A DNA stretch of 64,000 nucleotides from a virus (Duplodnaviria > Caudoviricetes): the IMG/VR virus record IMGVR_UViG_3300005989_000004, positions 4,035 through 68,034 of that record. One strand, given 5' to 3'. Below the pieces are notes generated by a model. That model was not told the DNA's origin, searched no databases, and worked only from the letters and a program-made list of their open reading frames with translations. Numbering within the stretch: the stretch's first letter is position 1; every line of letters starts with the position of its first letter. A program made the translations under genes and the position numbers. Shown in pieces: positions 63,723 to 64,000 of the stretch.

Positions 63723-64000
63723 ATGAAACTATCACAAGTCACAAACAGATCCGAAGTATTGGCAAGTTTTGTGCATTATGGATACTGTCCTGTTATTGCA
63801 TATATTGAAAATGTGATCAGGGCTTTGTGGTCTATCAATGCGGAATAAATGATTTTCACGGATACGGCGCAGACAAAAATATAACATGTTGGATATATGC
63901 CGATCTGTATTCTGCAATCAAAGATTATTATATAGCATTTGATTACAACGTGAATTTTATTGCTAGTGATCTGGCTCGGTCTATTGTAGACGAATTGCGA
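63723..64000 (+). pseudogene. Gene with a one-base frameshift at about 63808-63811; runs off the window end
   Basis: Frame 0 stops at 63848; the -1 frame is open 63809-64000 and reads as a natural continuation (YIE-K-CDQGFVVYQCG...). Confidence 0.55.

Noticed and set aside
1-64000. tRNA, rRNA, tmRNA, integrase or repressor genes
   Set aside because: No cloverleaf/T-loop (GTTCGA) context or recombinase/repressor motifs recognised by eye; tRNAscan-SE would be needed to exclude them formally

Overview
A 64-kb, AT-rich segment of a lytic tailed phage with a contractile tail (myovirus), most likely infecting a Gammaproteobacterium (two-component spanins, sigma70 promoters). It has four blocks. 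(1) 1-24.3 kb, + strand: virion module (scaffold, decoration, major capsid, neck, sheath, tube, chaperone with a -1 frameshift, tape measure, baseplate), a lysis cassette, and a second cluster of fibre/lectin-like structural genes. (2) 24.3-53.7 kb, - strand: nucleotide metabolism and replication (nrdB, intein-containing nrdA, glutaredoxin, thyX, mazG, exonucleases, DNA methyltransferase, SSB, family B-type DNA polymerase, primase-helicase), three free-standing homing endonucleases, a TerB-like gene and a prs-like/nadV-like pair that resembles the NARP1 NAD+ reconstitution anti-defence pathway. (3) 53.9-59.8 kb, + strand: accessory genes (27-bp tandem-repeat protein, GHKL ATPase, UV-endonuclease-like, DEDDh exonuclease). 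(4) after a ~0.6-kb non-coding gap with direct repeats (possible genome end), small early/host-takeover genes. The most unusual items are a stand-alone Pol A/T7-RNAP-like palm protein with a structured leader at the strand switch, a dispersed fixed-spacing intergenic element (TAATAC-N22-AATC, 4 copies), and a homing endonuclease that appears to have split a dsDNA-binding gene and left a duplicated N-terminus. I found no tRNA, rRNA, CRISPR array or integrase. All functional calls come from motif reading and gene order; no database search was run.
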